A program made the translations under genes and the position numbers. The notes beneath the pieces are model-generated. The model ran no database searches, was not told the origin of the DNA, and saw nothing but the letters and a program-made list of their open reading frames with translations. Shown here one piece after another: positions 1-8,913 of a DNA stretch of 64,000 bases. This DNA is from a virus (lineage: Duplodnaviria > Caudoviricetes): IMG/VR virus record IMGVR_UViG_3300044262_000032, positions 1 through 64,000 of that record. One strand, written 5' to 3'. Numbering within the stretch: the stretch's first letter is position 1; the number at the start of each line of letters is the position of its first letter.

Positions 1-261
1 TGGCGCGGGGCGGGCCTCGTGTTCGGGATTTTCCGCAACGATTGGGTGCGGACCCTGCCGCTGGATTCTCTGCCTGCCACGCGGGAGGGTCGCCGTTCGG
101 CGTCGACCAATTGGGGCGTGGCGTGGCGTCGGGTCGGTCGCAAGGCGTGGGAAGTCCGCGAGGGCGCGGATTTCATCTTCGCGCTGGGCTGGGAGTAACG
201 GGGCGGATTGGCCGCCCCCTTTACGATGCGGCAATTGCCGCGGAAAGGGAAGGGTAGGAAA

Positions 262-633
262 ATGGCACTCTCGAAGAACGCGCAGCGGACCATGTGGCAG
301 GCTCGGAAGGCCGGGGCGGGCGCCGAGGAGACCCTCGCGGCGTGCCTCGCGGCGAAGGCGTCGGGGATGGAGATGGAGGACGAGGCGACCCTCTGGGCGC
401 ACATCCAGACCATGCGCCCCTACCAGGAGCGCGGGCCGTACACCGCGAAGGCGCGGAAGGACGACCCCGCGAAGGTGCGGGAGGCGATCCTCGACGCCGA
501 GGCGAAGGGGCAGTTGACCGCGGACCAGGCCGAGGCGCTCCTGGCCGACATCCAGGCGAAGGAGGACGCGGCCGCCGAGAAGGCGAAGGCGGCCATCTTC
601 GGGAACCTCCTCACCCGCGTCCAGGCCCTCTAG
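262..633 (+). CDS. hypothetical early protein
   Basis: ATG at 262 after purine-rich AGGGTAGGAAA; strongly GC3-biased codons; followed by a hairpin. Confidence 0.75.
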   Translation: MALSKNAQRTMWQARKAGAGAEETLAACLAAKASGMEMEDEATLWAHIQTMRPYQERGPYTAKARKDDPAKVREAILDAEAKGQLTADQAEALLADIQAKEDAAAEKAKAAIFGNLLTRVQAL

Positions 634-643
634 GCCACAACCT

Positions 644-672
644 GGGGGGAGGGCCGCCCCTCCCCCCCTTTC
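644..672 (+). terminator. intrinsic terminator-like hairpin
   Basis: GGGGGGAGGG-CCGC-CCCTCCCCCC then CTTTC, directly after the stop at 633. Confidence 0.65.
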
Positions 673-690
673 TTGACGGGAGGATCAGCC

Positions 691-858
691 ATGAAGGTCA
701 GGCTCTGGACGGCGATCAGAACGGCCCGGAACGCACGCCGGATGCACAGGGTGTGTGACCTCTGCCGTACCCGGAAACTCCTCGCCTCCGGTAGGCACAG
801 GACGGATGTGACCACGGATTTCACCGAGGCAATGAAACACCGGACCGGCACGGAATAA
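691..858 (+). CDS. hypothetical protein
   Basis: GGGAGG SD before ATG 691. Confidence 0.55.
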   Translation: MKVRLWTAIRTARNARRMHRVCDLCRTRKLLASGRHRTDVTTDFTEAMKHRTGTE

Positions 859-1274
859 CTGTCGGACCTAGATCAGGGTTAAGGGTCGGAGCCCTTGGTC
901 CTGCTGTAGGGAGGAAGTATCGCTCTTTGGAATGAGATGTAGCGGGAAGGAAGGTGGGGGCCTAATTCGCTGGTACAGCCTGCCAGCGATAGGGAGGGAT
1001 ATCGCCCCGATAGCAAGGGGAATGATCCTGACGCCCGTAAGGGGGCCATCCAGCCGGCGCAGAGAGTAGGGTGTATCCTAGGGTATGCGCTATGGGGATG
1101 GGTACCGTGGCCTAAAAAAAGCAAGGAATGAGTCTGGAAAGACTATGTGATGGATGACCTTGCCTGTCCTGGTAGAAGTACCCCAACCAGCGGAAATGCT
1201 CTTCTGGGGGGCGGAACCTCAGGGTAAAGAAATACCCTGTTTGGTTAATCCTGGGGGCTTCTACCAAGGACAGG

Positions 1275-1291
1275 TGTTACCAAAAGTAACA
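1275..1291. promoter_or_regulatory. palindromic operator-like site, GTTACC-N3-GGTAAC family, copy 1
   Basis: TGTTACC-AAA-AGTAACA, upstream of the small ORF at 1341. Confidence 0.5.
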
Positions 1292-1340
1292 TGGTTAGGA
1301 TTTCTTCCAGAACATGGCGAAATTGAAGGGAGAAAAAATC

Positions 1341-1466
1341 ATGGACGACAAGGAGTTCATCCTGAGAGTCAAGGAAGTGATCGGGCAGTATGAGGAGGGT
1401 CTGATCTGCCCGGATGAGGCCGTGTCCAGCATCTCCTACATCGTGGTTCAGAAGGCCAGCCAGTAG
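1341..1466 (+). CDS. small hypothetical protein (41 aa)
   Basis: GAAGGGAG SD, ATG 1341, TAG 1464-1466; below ORF-track cutoff. Confidence 0.5.
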   Translation: MDDKEFILRVKEVIGQYEEGLICPDEAVSSISYIVVQKASQ

Positions 1467-1475
1467 GGAGGGGAT

Positions 1476-1613
1476 ATGAACCAGCGGCAGTATGAAGCCC
1501 GCCGGCAGTACCTGGTTGCCCTGCTCAAGAAGGCACGTGGGGAGGGGAACAAGGGTGCGGAGAACTTCATCCGCAAAGAGTTGGAAGCCCTGGATGTCGT
1601 GAAGGTGAGGTAG
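1476..1613 (+). CDS. small hypothetical protein (45 aa)
   Basis: GGAGGGG SD, ATG 1476, TAG 1611-1613. Confidence 0.5.
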   Translation: MNQRQYEARRQYLVALLKKARGEGNKGAENFIRKELEALDVVKVR

Positions 1614-1616
1614 AGG

Positions 1617-2048
1617 ATGTTCAAGCGGAACGAACTCAAGAATGGAAGGGCTCACCAGGTAGGGAAGCAGTTCGGGAAGCAGTCCATGAGCGGGCGGCAG
1701 TGCAAAGGGGGGAAGTCCTCCACCCCGTTCAGCCAGTACCAGCAGTACCAGAGAAGGTCTAGGGAGAACAAACCGAAGGACTTCACGCCCATGACCGAGG
1801 ATGAGAAGCGTTGGTTTCCCGATGTGTGGGCGGAGATGCTGCAGGAAATGAGTCTGCCCGTGCGGGAAGTCGAAGCGGATTGCCCGTACAAGCGCCAGGG
1901 GCCGATGGTCGAGGCGCAGGTCGTGAGGGAGATGAGGATCTATCGGAAGTGCTCCAGGAACTGCAACCCGACGCCCTTGGGGGGATGCAAAGGGTGGACA
2001 AGGTGGGCATCGTGCCCCCCGCCGCCTGAGCCGAAGGAGGAGTTTTAG
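1617..2048 (+). CDS. hypothetical protein
   Basis: 143-aa ORF tightly following the previous ORF; GC3-rich. Confidence 0.6.
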   Translation: MFKRNELKNGRAHQVGKQFGKQSMSGRQCKGGKSSTPFSQYQQYQRRSRENKPKDFTPMTEDEKRWFPDVWAEMLQEMSLPVREVEADCPYKRQGPMVEAQVVREMRIYRKCSRNCNPTPLGGCKGWTRWASCPPPPEPKEEF

Positions 2049-2821
2049 GAAATGAGGCCCGACTGCTGGGGAACCGAGGAGTGTCGGAAGGATTGCAAGG
2101 ATTTCGAGACCTGCACTTGCCGGGACTGCTGGATGGATTGTGATGGGTGTTTCGAAGGTGAGGATCCCTCGAAGGTGAGTGACCCGGCGAGGAACCTCCA
2201 CAACGGGTAACCCAAAAGTGAAGGAAAACACTATCCTAGGGATAAGTGTGGCTGGGTGTGTGGAAAAGAAGGCTGGAGCAGGAATTGGAAGGGTGAACCG
2301 GGGTCGACCGTTAGGTCATTTCCCCGGCTAGCCCCAACGAGCCTCGTTCCAACCTTCTTTTCTGGACATCAACTCACACAACCCAAGGAAAGGAGGGGAG
2401 AGGCATGATTTTCTGGCCCTCCTCGGGGAAGTTCAGCCTCGCACTGGAGGTTGCGGAGTACCAGATTGAGCGGATGGCGAAGTTCAGGGTAATCGGGACA
2501 CCAAAACCAACCCAAACAGAGGAGGGAAGCGCCATGAAGTTCGGGAAGGTGGGTTCGAGCGGGATGGTGTACTACTACACCATCACCCGGCCGTTCGAGG
2601 GCTGCTTCGGCCCCAAGACGGTCGAGACCAGGATCGTCGTTGGGAACCGCAAGCGCACCCGCAAGGCGTAGCAGCCTGCGCGAGGTGAACTACTCCCGCA
2701 AGTGCTTTCGGTACATCCAGCACAAACTGGGGAATAACTGGTTCGATCTCTCCATTATTCCCGGATGTGCCGAGGTGCTTCTGATGGCCAAGCGGGCGGA
2801 AGACGAGAAGGAGGTGAGAGT

Positions 2822-3013
2822 GTGGACAGGTTCTGCGTGAACTGCCACTGGGTGTATCACACCAACATCGGCTCGACGGGGCTCTACCTGTGCCGACACC
2901 TGAAGGGGCCGAGGGACCCGGTAACGGGGAACTTCGTGCCCTGCAAGGAGGTGCGGGCGAGCGAGTTCTGCGGCAAGATGGGGATGGAGTACGAGCCGCA
3001 GGTGTGCCAGTAA
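2822..3013 (+). CDS. Cys-rich hypothetical protein (possible zinc finger)
   Basis: GGAGGTG SD before GTG 2822; CxxC...C...C...C pattern. Confidence 0.55.
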   Translation: MDRFCVNCHWVYHTNIGSTGLYLCRHLKGPRDPVTGNFVPCKEVRASEFCGKMGMEYEPQVCQ

Positions 3014-3015
3014 CC

Positions 3016-3041
3016 GCGCTTTTCAAGTGCTTGAAAAGCGC
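3016..3041. repeat. dispersed palindrome TTTTCAAG-NN-CTTGAAAA, copy 1
   Basis: GCGCTTTTCAAG-TG-CTTGAAAAGCGC, perfect 12-bp arms, intergenic. Confidence 0.85.
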
Positions 3042-3061
3042 CAACCAAGAAGGAGGCTGAA

Positions 3062-3265
3062 ATGGCCGGACAGTGGAAGGTGGTCGGGATCGAGAAGTTC
3101 AAGGGTCAGGACTACATCAAGATGGAGCGGCAGGACAAGTCGGACAACCCGTTCGCCAAGACGCACGCCAACTTCAGCCGCGAGCAGGTCAAGGCGCTGC
3201 TGGAGGGGATGCTGGTGCCCGAGCTGGCCGAGTTCGCCGGCCTGGACCCGGAGAAGTTCATCTAG
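3062..3265 (+). CDS. hypothetical protein
   Basis: AAGGAGG SD; GC3-rich. Confidence 0.7.
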   Translation: MAGQWKVVGIEKFKGQDYIKMERQDKSDNPFAKTHANFSREQVKALLEGMLVPELAEFAGLDPEKFI

Positions 3266-3282
3266 CGTTACCGAAGGTAACG
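3266..3282. promoter_or_regulatory. GTTACC-N3-GGTAAC operator-like site, copy 2
   Basis: CGTTACC-GAA-GGTAACG immediately after the stop at 3265. Confidence 0.6.
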
Positions 3283-3411
3283 TGGAAGGACAAGGAAAGG
3301 AGACCTCATGAACTGGCGCCGCTGGTAGTCTGACGGTTGAAGGTGCGGGACGAGCATCGGCATCGTCCCAATCCTTGAGGTGTCAGACAATGAACCCAAA
3401 GGAGGGGTGAA

Positions 3412-3672
3412 ATGACGGTACGAGTGATTGAGGCTGCGTGGGAAAAGCAGCCGACCGTGGAGAAGATGATCCTGACAGTTCGGGAGTACGCCACGGCTCA
3501 CTACGATGAGGGTGGCTGGGACTACATCGTGGAGTGCTGGTCCGACGAGGACATCGCTCAGATCCTGGCCGAGGAGCAGTGCCACAGCCTCAAGCAGGCG
3601 GTCAAGACGATTCAGTCCATCGTCCAGGTCATGGACGACCGCCGGCGCGAGGTGATGGCCGAGGTGTTCTAG
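3412..3672 (+). CDS. hypothetical protein
   Basis: GGAGGGGTG SD; 86 aa. Confidence 0.7.
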   Translation: MTVRVIEAAWEKQPTVEKMILTVREYATAHYDEGGWDYIVECWSDEDIAQILAEEQCHSLKQAVKTIQSIVQVMDDRRREVMAEVF

Positions 3673-3677
3673 GAAAA

Positions 3678-3696
3678 GTGTTACCAAAGGTAACAC
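3678..3696. promoter_or_regulatory. GTTACC-N3-GGTAAC operator-like site, copy 3
   Basis: GTGTTACC-AAA-GGTAACAC, perfect 8-bp arms, intergenic. Confidence 0.6.
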
Positions 3697-3718
3697 ACAA
3701 CGAGGAAAGGAGAACGAA

Positions 3719-3934
3719 ATGGGACTGAGAGGGATGTGGAAGTCCGCTGACAAGCCCCGGATCGTGCAGGTCGAGGTCATTCACGAGCGCAAGTCCGTGA
3801 CCAGGACCACGATCAGCCCCGCCTCCTGCGAGGAGTGCGACGGCAAGCCCAGCGACGAGTGCTGGGAGCAGTACAACTGCCTCGTGGCCTTCGAGCGGAA
3901 GTTCGACAAGCCGTTCTCGGGGTCGGGGAAGTAG
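3719..3934 (+). CDS. hypothetical protein
   Basis: AAAGGAG SD; CxxC motif. Confidence 0.6.
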   Translation: MGLRGMWKSADKPRIVQVEVIHERKSVTRTTISPASCEECDGKPSDECWEQYNCLVAFERKFDKPFSGSGK

Positions 3935-3936
3935 CC

Positions 3937-4224
3937 ATGATTCCGAGGAGACAGAATCCGCTGTTCTACCTCGCGGAGTGCGACGAAGGGATGGCGAAGG
4001 ATCCGATGTTCGCGGCGAAGTGCGCTGCGGAGTTCCTGATGTCCATCACCATGCACGACATCCACTCCACGGAGAGCCTTGCGTCCTACACGCTGAAGGA
4101 CATCCAGCGTATGTTGGAACTCTCCGAGGCACAGCACGGCGAAGGTGTCACGGTCATCAACCCGATGCCCGCCACCTACTACGCCAACGCGATCGAGGAG
4201 GTGGATGACGATGGGCAAGCCTGA
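3937..4224 (+). CDS. hypothetical protein
   Basis: ATG 3937 closely following the previous stop; GC3-rich. Confidence 0.55.
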   Translation: MIPRRQNPLFYLAECDEGMAKDPMFAAKCAAEFLMSITMHDIHSTESLASYTLKDIQRMLELSEAQHGEGVTVINPMPATYYANAIEEVDDDGQA

Positions 4225-4450
4225 GGTTTCGATGACTGCGGATGTCCTCCTCCGTCGTCGGAAGTTCAGCCTCACCTTCACCAGCGAGACCACAGCCCAC
4301 GAACTCTGGTCGTACCTGTCCATGGTTCCACAGTCGGCCACGATCGAGGAGGTCTGGCAGCAGGACGAGTGGAAGGACGAATACCAGATCAAGGGCGTTC
4401 CCATGCGTCTGGACTTCCATCACGAGGAAGTCGTGAGGAGGGACAAGTAG
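4211..4450 (+). CDS. hypothetical protein
   Basis: GGAGG SD before ATG 4211. Confidence 0.55.
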   Translation: MGKPEVSMTADVLLRRRKFSLTFTSETTAHELWSYLSMVPQSATIEEVWQQDEWKDEYQIKGVPMRLDFHHEEVVRRDK

Positions 4451-4872
4451 TGGCTGGGATTGTCATGCTGGACCAGACCAATTTCGAGACCTACAAGTTG
4501 GTCAAGCAGGAACACATCAGGGAGTATCTGGATCTGAGTCGGGCGCACTGGCAGTTCCCGGTGCCCACGGAGTTCGTGGTGTCCAAGGAGTCGGAAGTCT
4601 GCGTCCCGATTCAAGGTCGAGTTTACCGCTGCGACTTGGCGGTGGCGAAGACCGAGCCGGATGGGCACGACAAGCCGTTGGTCATCGTCGAGGTCTTCGA
4701 GGATCACGGTGACGACGGTCACACGAACAATGTCCTAGTCGGATTCATGCTCATGCCGTGGGACGAGATGGGAGATTGGATCGAGAAGGTTAGGAAGGGC
4801 GAGAAGGGCAAGTACGGACATCCGTCCAACATCTACGATCTTACCCATCAGGCGATCAAGCCTTGGTGGTAA
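4450..4872 (+). CDS. possible PD-(D/E)xK nuclease-fold protein
   Basis: SEV...YRCDLAV...LVIVEVFEDH spacing resembles restriction-endonuclease-like cores. Confidence 0.4.
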   Translation: MAGIVMLDQTNFETYKLVKQEHIREYLDLSRAHWQFPVPTEFVVSKESEVCVPIQGRVYRCDLAVAKTEPDGHDKPLVIVEVFEDHGDDGHTNNVLVGFMLMPWDEMGDWIEKVRKGEKGKYGHPSNIYDLTHQAIKPWW

Positions 4873-4878
4873 AAGGGG

Positions 4879-5109
4879 GTGAGCGAAGGAATGGGTGACC
4901 TGCAGGTGAAGCCGAACGGGTTACACACAGGGCAGATGCGGATCTCCATTGACGACGGGTACTGCGAGTGGCAGTTCGATGTCCAGCTGCCAACGACCAT
5001 GTCCATCGATCAGGTCATGGAGAAGGTCGTCAACTCCACCGGCGCGAAGCGTCTGGTCGGCACCATGAGGTTGCGAACAACCCACGAGGCTTTCGGGAGG
5101 TTCAGATGA
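4879..5109 (+). CDS. hypothetical protein
   Basis: 76-aa ORF, tight packing. Confidence 0.5.
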   Translation: MSEGMGDLQVKPNGLHTGQMRISIDDGYCEWQFDVQLPTTMSIDQVMEKVVNSTGAKRLVGTMRLRTTHEAFGRFR

Positions 5110-5324
5110 ACGCAGCGGAACTGAGGCTCGGAATGGACCAGATGGGGCTCCTGCACATGGCGGTCGCGCCCTACCTCTGCGAGGGCGAGGTCTTCGTCAT
5201 CGAGGAGCATCCGGTGCAGGAGCCCGAAGTGGAAAAGCTCCTGATCTTCGGGTCGCGCGGCGCTACCCTGATTGCGCGGTTCGACGACCAGGGCTGGACC
5301 ATCAAGGAGGTGAACGTCCCGTGA
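5106..5324 (+). CDS. hypothetical protein
   Basis: ATGA overlap with the upstream ORF; GGGAGG SD. Confidence 0.55.
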   Translation: MNAAELRLGMDQMGLLHMAVAPYLCEGEVFVIEEHPVQEPEVEKLLIFGSRGATLIARFDDQGWTIKEVNVP

Positions 5325-5514
5325 AGAACGCGGAGAAGTTGTACCTGCTCCTTACCGAGAGCGGGCAACCGGCGGTGCAGTCCGACGACAAGGAGTGCAT
5401 CCTGGAACTCAAGCGGATGTTCAGCAAGGGAGCCCATATCCTCAAGCGCGGGGATGACGGGCAGTACCACAACATGCCTCTCCTGGAACAGGAAGGCTAA
5501 AGGAGGAGACAGAG

Positions 5515-5829
5515 ATGGCGAAGTCCCTGAAGGGTGTGAAGAAGGCTCTGAAGCACCTGCTCGGCTCCAAGCCCATGTCCTCGAAGAATCACGTCCCGGC
5601 GGAGTACAAGATCACGGACCGCGAAGGTTCGGTGGACGAGGCGCTCTCGGCGCGTCGGTTCAAGGACTCCTGCGAGCGGAACGAGAAGAACCGCAAGGTC
5701 GAGGAGGAGCGGCTCCTCAACAAGATCAAGAACCCGAAGGTGCGGATCAAGAAGGAGAAGGTGAAGAAGTCGGCGCCGGCTCCCAAGAAGTCCAAGAAGC
5801 GCAAGGGCGGAGGTGACGAGGAGGAGTAG
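5515..5829 (+). CDS. Lys-rich basic hypothetical protein
   Basis: AAAGGAGG SD; very high K content. Confidence 0.65.
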   Translation: MAKSLKGVKKALKHLLGSKPMSSKNHVPAEYKITDREGSVDEALSARRFKDSCERNEKNRKVEEERLLNKIKNPKVRIKKEKVKKSAPAPKKSKKRKGGGDEEE

Positions 5830-5830
5830 G

Positions 5831-6073
5831 ATGGGCGCAAAGTACGATGTCATGTTGGTGTCCATGGGGAATAACCTGGTGAGAGCGATTCTCGCCACGG
5901 ATCTCGATCGGGACACCGCGTGGGCAGCGGTCGAGCAGTACGGGAAGGAGTACGACACAGCCCAAGCCTTTGTGATTGACGACATCACCGGCAAGAACAA
6001 GGTTGGGCAGCAATATCGAGGCTTCCTCGTGGAAGGCTTCGATAATAGGAAAGGAGGTGAATTGAATGCCTAA
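5831..6073 (+). CDS. hypothetical protein, paralog of 6066-6422
   Basis: YDVMLVS..VRAILA..GKNKVG matches YDVLLIS..VRAILA..GKHKIG. Confidence 0.7.
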   Translation: MGAKYDVMLVSMGNNLVRAILATDLDRDTAWAAVEQYGKEYDTAQAFVIDDITGKNKVGQQYRGFLVEGFDNRKGGELNA

Positions 6074-6422
6074 TCCGCCTCAGATTACGGCCGGGAAGTC
6101 AACCACTCAGTACAAGGGAGTGACCTACGATGTCCTTCTCATCTCCCGTTCGACAGGGTGTGTCCGTGCGATTCTGGCTGAAGGGCTGGAGAGCATGGAG
6201 TCTCTTGACACCGTCAAGGTGTGGGGGAACGCCCTGAACACCAAGTTTGCCCTCGTCAAGGATCACACTTCGGGCAAGCACAAGATCGGGGACATCTTCA
6301 AGGGCTACGATGCCTCCCAGACTTCAACGGGGGGCTACTTCCCTGGTGCGAAGAAGGAGTTCGGTGCTCCAGCCGTGACGACCGTGAAGAACGGGGTCGA
6401 GAAGACCTACGACGGGATCTAG
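6066..6422 (+). CDS. hypothetical protein, paralog of 5831-6073
   Basis: AAAGGAGGTG SD; shared motif with the upstream ORF. Confidence 0.7.
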   Translation: MPNPPQITAGKSTTQYKGVTYDVLLISRSTGCVRAILAEGLESMESLDTVKVWGNALNTKFALVKDHTSGKHKIGDIFKGYDASQTSTGGYFPGAKKEFGAPAVTTVKNGVEKTYDGI

Positions 6423-6433
6423 ATCCTTTATCG

Positions 6434-6462
6434 AGGGGGTGACTTCGGTCACCCCTTCCATT
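6434..6462 (+). terminator. hairpin with C(UUCG)G loop, terminator-like
   Basis: AGGGGGTGAC-TTCG-GTCACCCCTT after the stop at 6422. Confidence 0.6.
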
Positions 6463-6500
6463 AAGGGATTTGGCTATCACTAGAGAAAGGAGGAATAGAG

Positions 6501-6797
6501 TTGGAATTTAACACTGGAGATCGTGTGGTAAACAAGAACAAACCGAGTTATGGACAGGGTACCGTGATTCACATACTGAATCCACGGTATCACAACCTCA
6601 CCACCCGCGTCGGTGTTCAGTTCGACAAGCCAATTCCGAGCGGGCACGACTGCTCTGGTGCTGAGCCAAACCACGGTTATTGGAGACTCGGGCACTGCTT
6701 CTGGTACACGCCACAGGAACTAGAGGTTGTGGGGCACGGTGAAGAAATTCCTCCTCTCAAGTGGCTGGGTGGAGGAAAACTGAAGGAGGTGACCTGA
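6501..6797 (+). CDS. CAP-Gly/SH3-like domain protein, paralog 1 of 3
   Basis: GDRV...GTV...VGVQFDKPIPSGHDCSG...ELEVVGHGEEIP. Confidence 0.65.
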   Translation: MEFNTGDRVVNKNKPSYGQGTVIHILNPRYHNLTTRVGVQFDKPIPSGHDCSGAEPNHGYWRLGHCFWYTPQELEVVGHGEEIPPLKWLGGGKLKEVT

Positions 6798-7117
6798 TGC
6801 GATTGGTACCAGGTGATCGTGTTCGGGTCAAGGACGAATTCGATGGAGAAAGTCTACCGGGCTGGGAAGGAACTGTAGTCCTTAATCATGAGCATAACGA
6901 TTCCTTGGTAGGAGTACAGTTCGATGAACCTATCTCCTGTGGACATGACTGCTGTGGCAATGCCCCGAACTACCCGATTTATCGGGATGGTTACTGTTGG
7001 TGGGGCGAGATGTCGGAATTGGAGTTCATCTGTCATGGCGAAGAAATACCTCCGGTGGCATATAGAGAGGTGAAAGGCTACACGCATACGCCGACCCTTT
7101 CAAAGGAGGTGAAATGA
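6797..7117 (+). CDS. CAP-Gly/SH3-like domain protein, paralog 2 of 3
   Basis: GDRVRV...GTVV...VGVQFDEPISCGHDCCG...ELEFICHGEEIP. Confidence 0.65.
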   Translation: MRLVPGDRVRVKDEFDGESLPGWEGTVVLNHEHNDSLVGVQFDEPISCGHDCCGNAPNYPIYRDGYCWWGEMSELEFICHGEEIPPVAYREVKGYTHTPTLSKEVK

Positions 7118-7491
7118 AGAAGATAGTCCATACGCACAAGTTCCGAGTCGGTGACCGTGTTCGAACCATCAACAAGCACTTTGCCGGAATTGTCATTGCC
7201 AAAGGCGAGGTTGGCATACTGGGAACCATAGTTGCAAGATGGGATCATAAGAAAGATTCCGATTGTAAGTACGGTGTCCAGTTCGACCAGAAGATCAACG
7301 GCGGCCACGATTGTAGCGGGAAAGAACCAAACTATCCTGTCTTCAAGAATGGATACTGTCGCTGGGGCTGCGGAACTGAGTTGGAGTTCATCGAACATGG
7401 AAAGGAGGTTCTTCCTCAGAAGTATGAGGCAAAGAACAAAGATGGCTCTCCGATTCCACTGAAACTTGTAAAAGGAAAGGGGGTGAGTTGA
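7114..7491 (+). CDS. CAP-Gly/SH3-like domain protein, paralog 3 of 3
   Basis: GDRVRT...GTIV...YGVQFDQKINGGHDCSG...ELEFIEHGKEV. Confidence 0.65.
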   Translation: MKKIVHTHKFRVGDRVRTINKHFAGIVIAKGEVGILGTIVARWDHKKDSDCKYGVQFDQKINGGHDCSGKEPNYPVFKNGYCRWGCGTELEFIEHGKEVLPQKYEAKNKDGSPIPLKLVKGKGVS

Positions 7492-7685
7492 TGGCAATGA
7501 GGAATGCTCCTGTCACGAAGGTTCTTCTGGCTCAAGGCGAGAAGAAAGTATGGTTCATCCGTCATGGCAATGGGCCAGTTCTTGTGAACTGGGTGTTCAC
7601 TGGACTGAAACAGAAACTGCCCCGCAATCTGGCGTTGGCCATCTACTACGGACTGAGAGCATTCGGATTCCAACGAGTGGTGTGA
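7488..7685 (+). CDS. hypothetical protein
   Basis: overlaps the upstream stop; 65 aa. Confidence 0.45.
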   Translation: MMAMRNAPVTKVLLAQGEKKVWFIRHGNGPVLVNWVFTGLKQKLPRNLALAIYYGLRAFGFQRVV

Positions 7686-7799
7686 AGGAGACGAAGATGT
7701 CCAACCCAAACCAGATGTTCCATGAGTGGCTGAAAGAGACCGCATTCAGCCTTACGAGGCTAGCAGCGGCGCAATATCAAGCCACGCCGAAGGAGCAAC

Positions 7800-8018
7800 A
7801 TGCCAACCTACACCATGAAAGTGATCAGGATGAAGTTGGGGGCAAGCCAAGTGAGACTTGCCCTCTTCAAGATCCTGACGCAGGAGGATGATACACCCTT
7901 TCTGCGTACTGTCGCCTTCTTCCACGACCACGAGATGATTGCCGAGGCAGCCAAACTCGTGGAGTGGAGGATACAACACGAACTCGGAGCATTGACCTTC
8001 GCACAGGTCGCGCTCTAA
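7800..8018 (+). CDS. hypothetical protein
   Basis: GGAG upstream; 72 aa. Confidence 0.5.
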   Translation: MPTYTMKVIRMKLGASQVRLALFKILTQEDDTPFLRTVAFFHDHEMIAEAAKLVEWRIQHELGALTFAQVAL

Positions 8019-8027
8019 GGAGGGATC

Positions 8028-8213
8028 ATGTCCGAAACCAAGATGGGTCTGCGTCAGAGGATTCTTCAGGCGACCACGGTCGGTGCGATCGAGACGCTCC
8101 TGAAGGAAGGTCTGACCTTCACCTTCGCGTCGGAGAAGACTCGGCGCTCGTGGAAGAACGCTGCCAAGCGCCGGACTGCTGAACTGGAGAAGGGCGTTCC
8201 GACGAACGCCTAG
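8028..8213 (+). CDS. hypothetical protein
   Basis: AAGGAGG SD. Confidence 0.65.
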   Translation: MSETKMGLRQRILQATTVGAIETLLKEGLTFTFASEKTRRSWKNAAKRRTAELEKGVPTNA

Positions 8214-8225
8214 AGAGGAGATGAA

Positions 8226-8642
8226 GTGAACATCCCGACCTGGAAGCAGATCAGCAAGGCCCTCCTCAAGGTGGGGGCTGCGGAGAACATTTGGGATCTT
8301 CAGCGGAAGATCGGTGTTTCTCCGATGACCATCGCCGCAGGGCTGAAGTGCAACTCGGTGCCGACTCACCTGTCTCTGGCGAAGGTGAAGGCATTCATCA
8401 ACCGACTCTCGGTGGTGCAGCGAGCGGAACTCCCTGCTCGTATCCGTGACATCGGGAACCTCACCACGAAGGTCTCCATGCCTGTCGTTCGCAAGCCGAA
8501 GGTGGTGGAGGCTGCCGCGATCAAGACGACGGTGAAGGAGAAGACGCCGCTCAAGGTAACGGTGAAGCAGACCATGACGACTGGGCAGCTTCTCCACACC
8601 CTCGGCGCTGCCTTCATCGAACTGGCAAAGGACTTCTCGTAG
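8226..8642 (+). CDS. putative HTH (Cro/C1-like) DNA-binding protein
   Basis: IWDLQRKIGVSPMTIAAGLK resembles an HTH; AGGAG SD. Confidence 0.45.
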   Translation: MNIPTWKQISKALLKVGAAENIWDLQRKIGVSPMTIAAGLKCNSVPTHLSLAKVKAFINRLSVVQRAELPARIRDIGNLTTKVSMPVVRKPKVVEAAAIKTTVKEKTPLKVTVKQTMTTGQLLHTLGAAFIELAKDFS

Positions 8643-8859
8643 AAGTCCGGCCATAACCAAGAAAGGAGCAGGAAATGACCGAGAAGGATGTTCTGGAGCA
8701 GTTGGAAGCGAAGCAGAAGGTCATCACGGGCGAGATCCTGGAGCACCAGGACGAGATCGCCAAGGCGCGGAAGCGTCTCAAGGAGATCGGGAAGCTGAGG
8801 AAGGTGCTCATCAAGGCCTTCCCGCAGGCCACGATGACCGAGGCGGTGTAGTACAACCA

Positions 8860-8883
8860 GAAGGGGGACTTCGGTCCCCCTTC
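8860..8883 (+). terminator. hairpin with C(UUCG)G loop
   Basis: GAAGGGGGAC-TTCG-GTCCCCCTTC; near-copy of the hairpin at 6434. Confidence 0.55.
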
Positions 8884-8913
8884 GCATTCCGATGATCCCA
8901 GGGGAGGAGGAGA

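Noticed and set aside
2205-2222. Extra GTTACC-N3-GGTAAC operator copy
   Set aside because: Too many mismatches (GGTAACCCAAAAGTGAAG)
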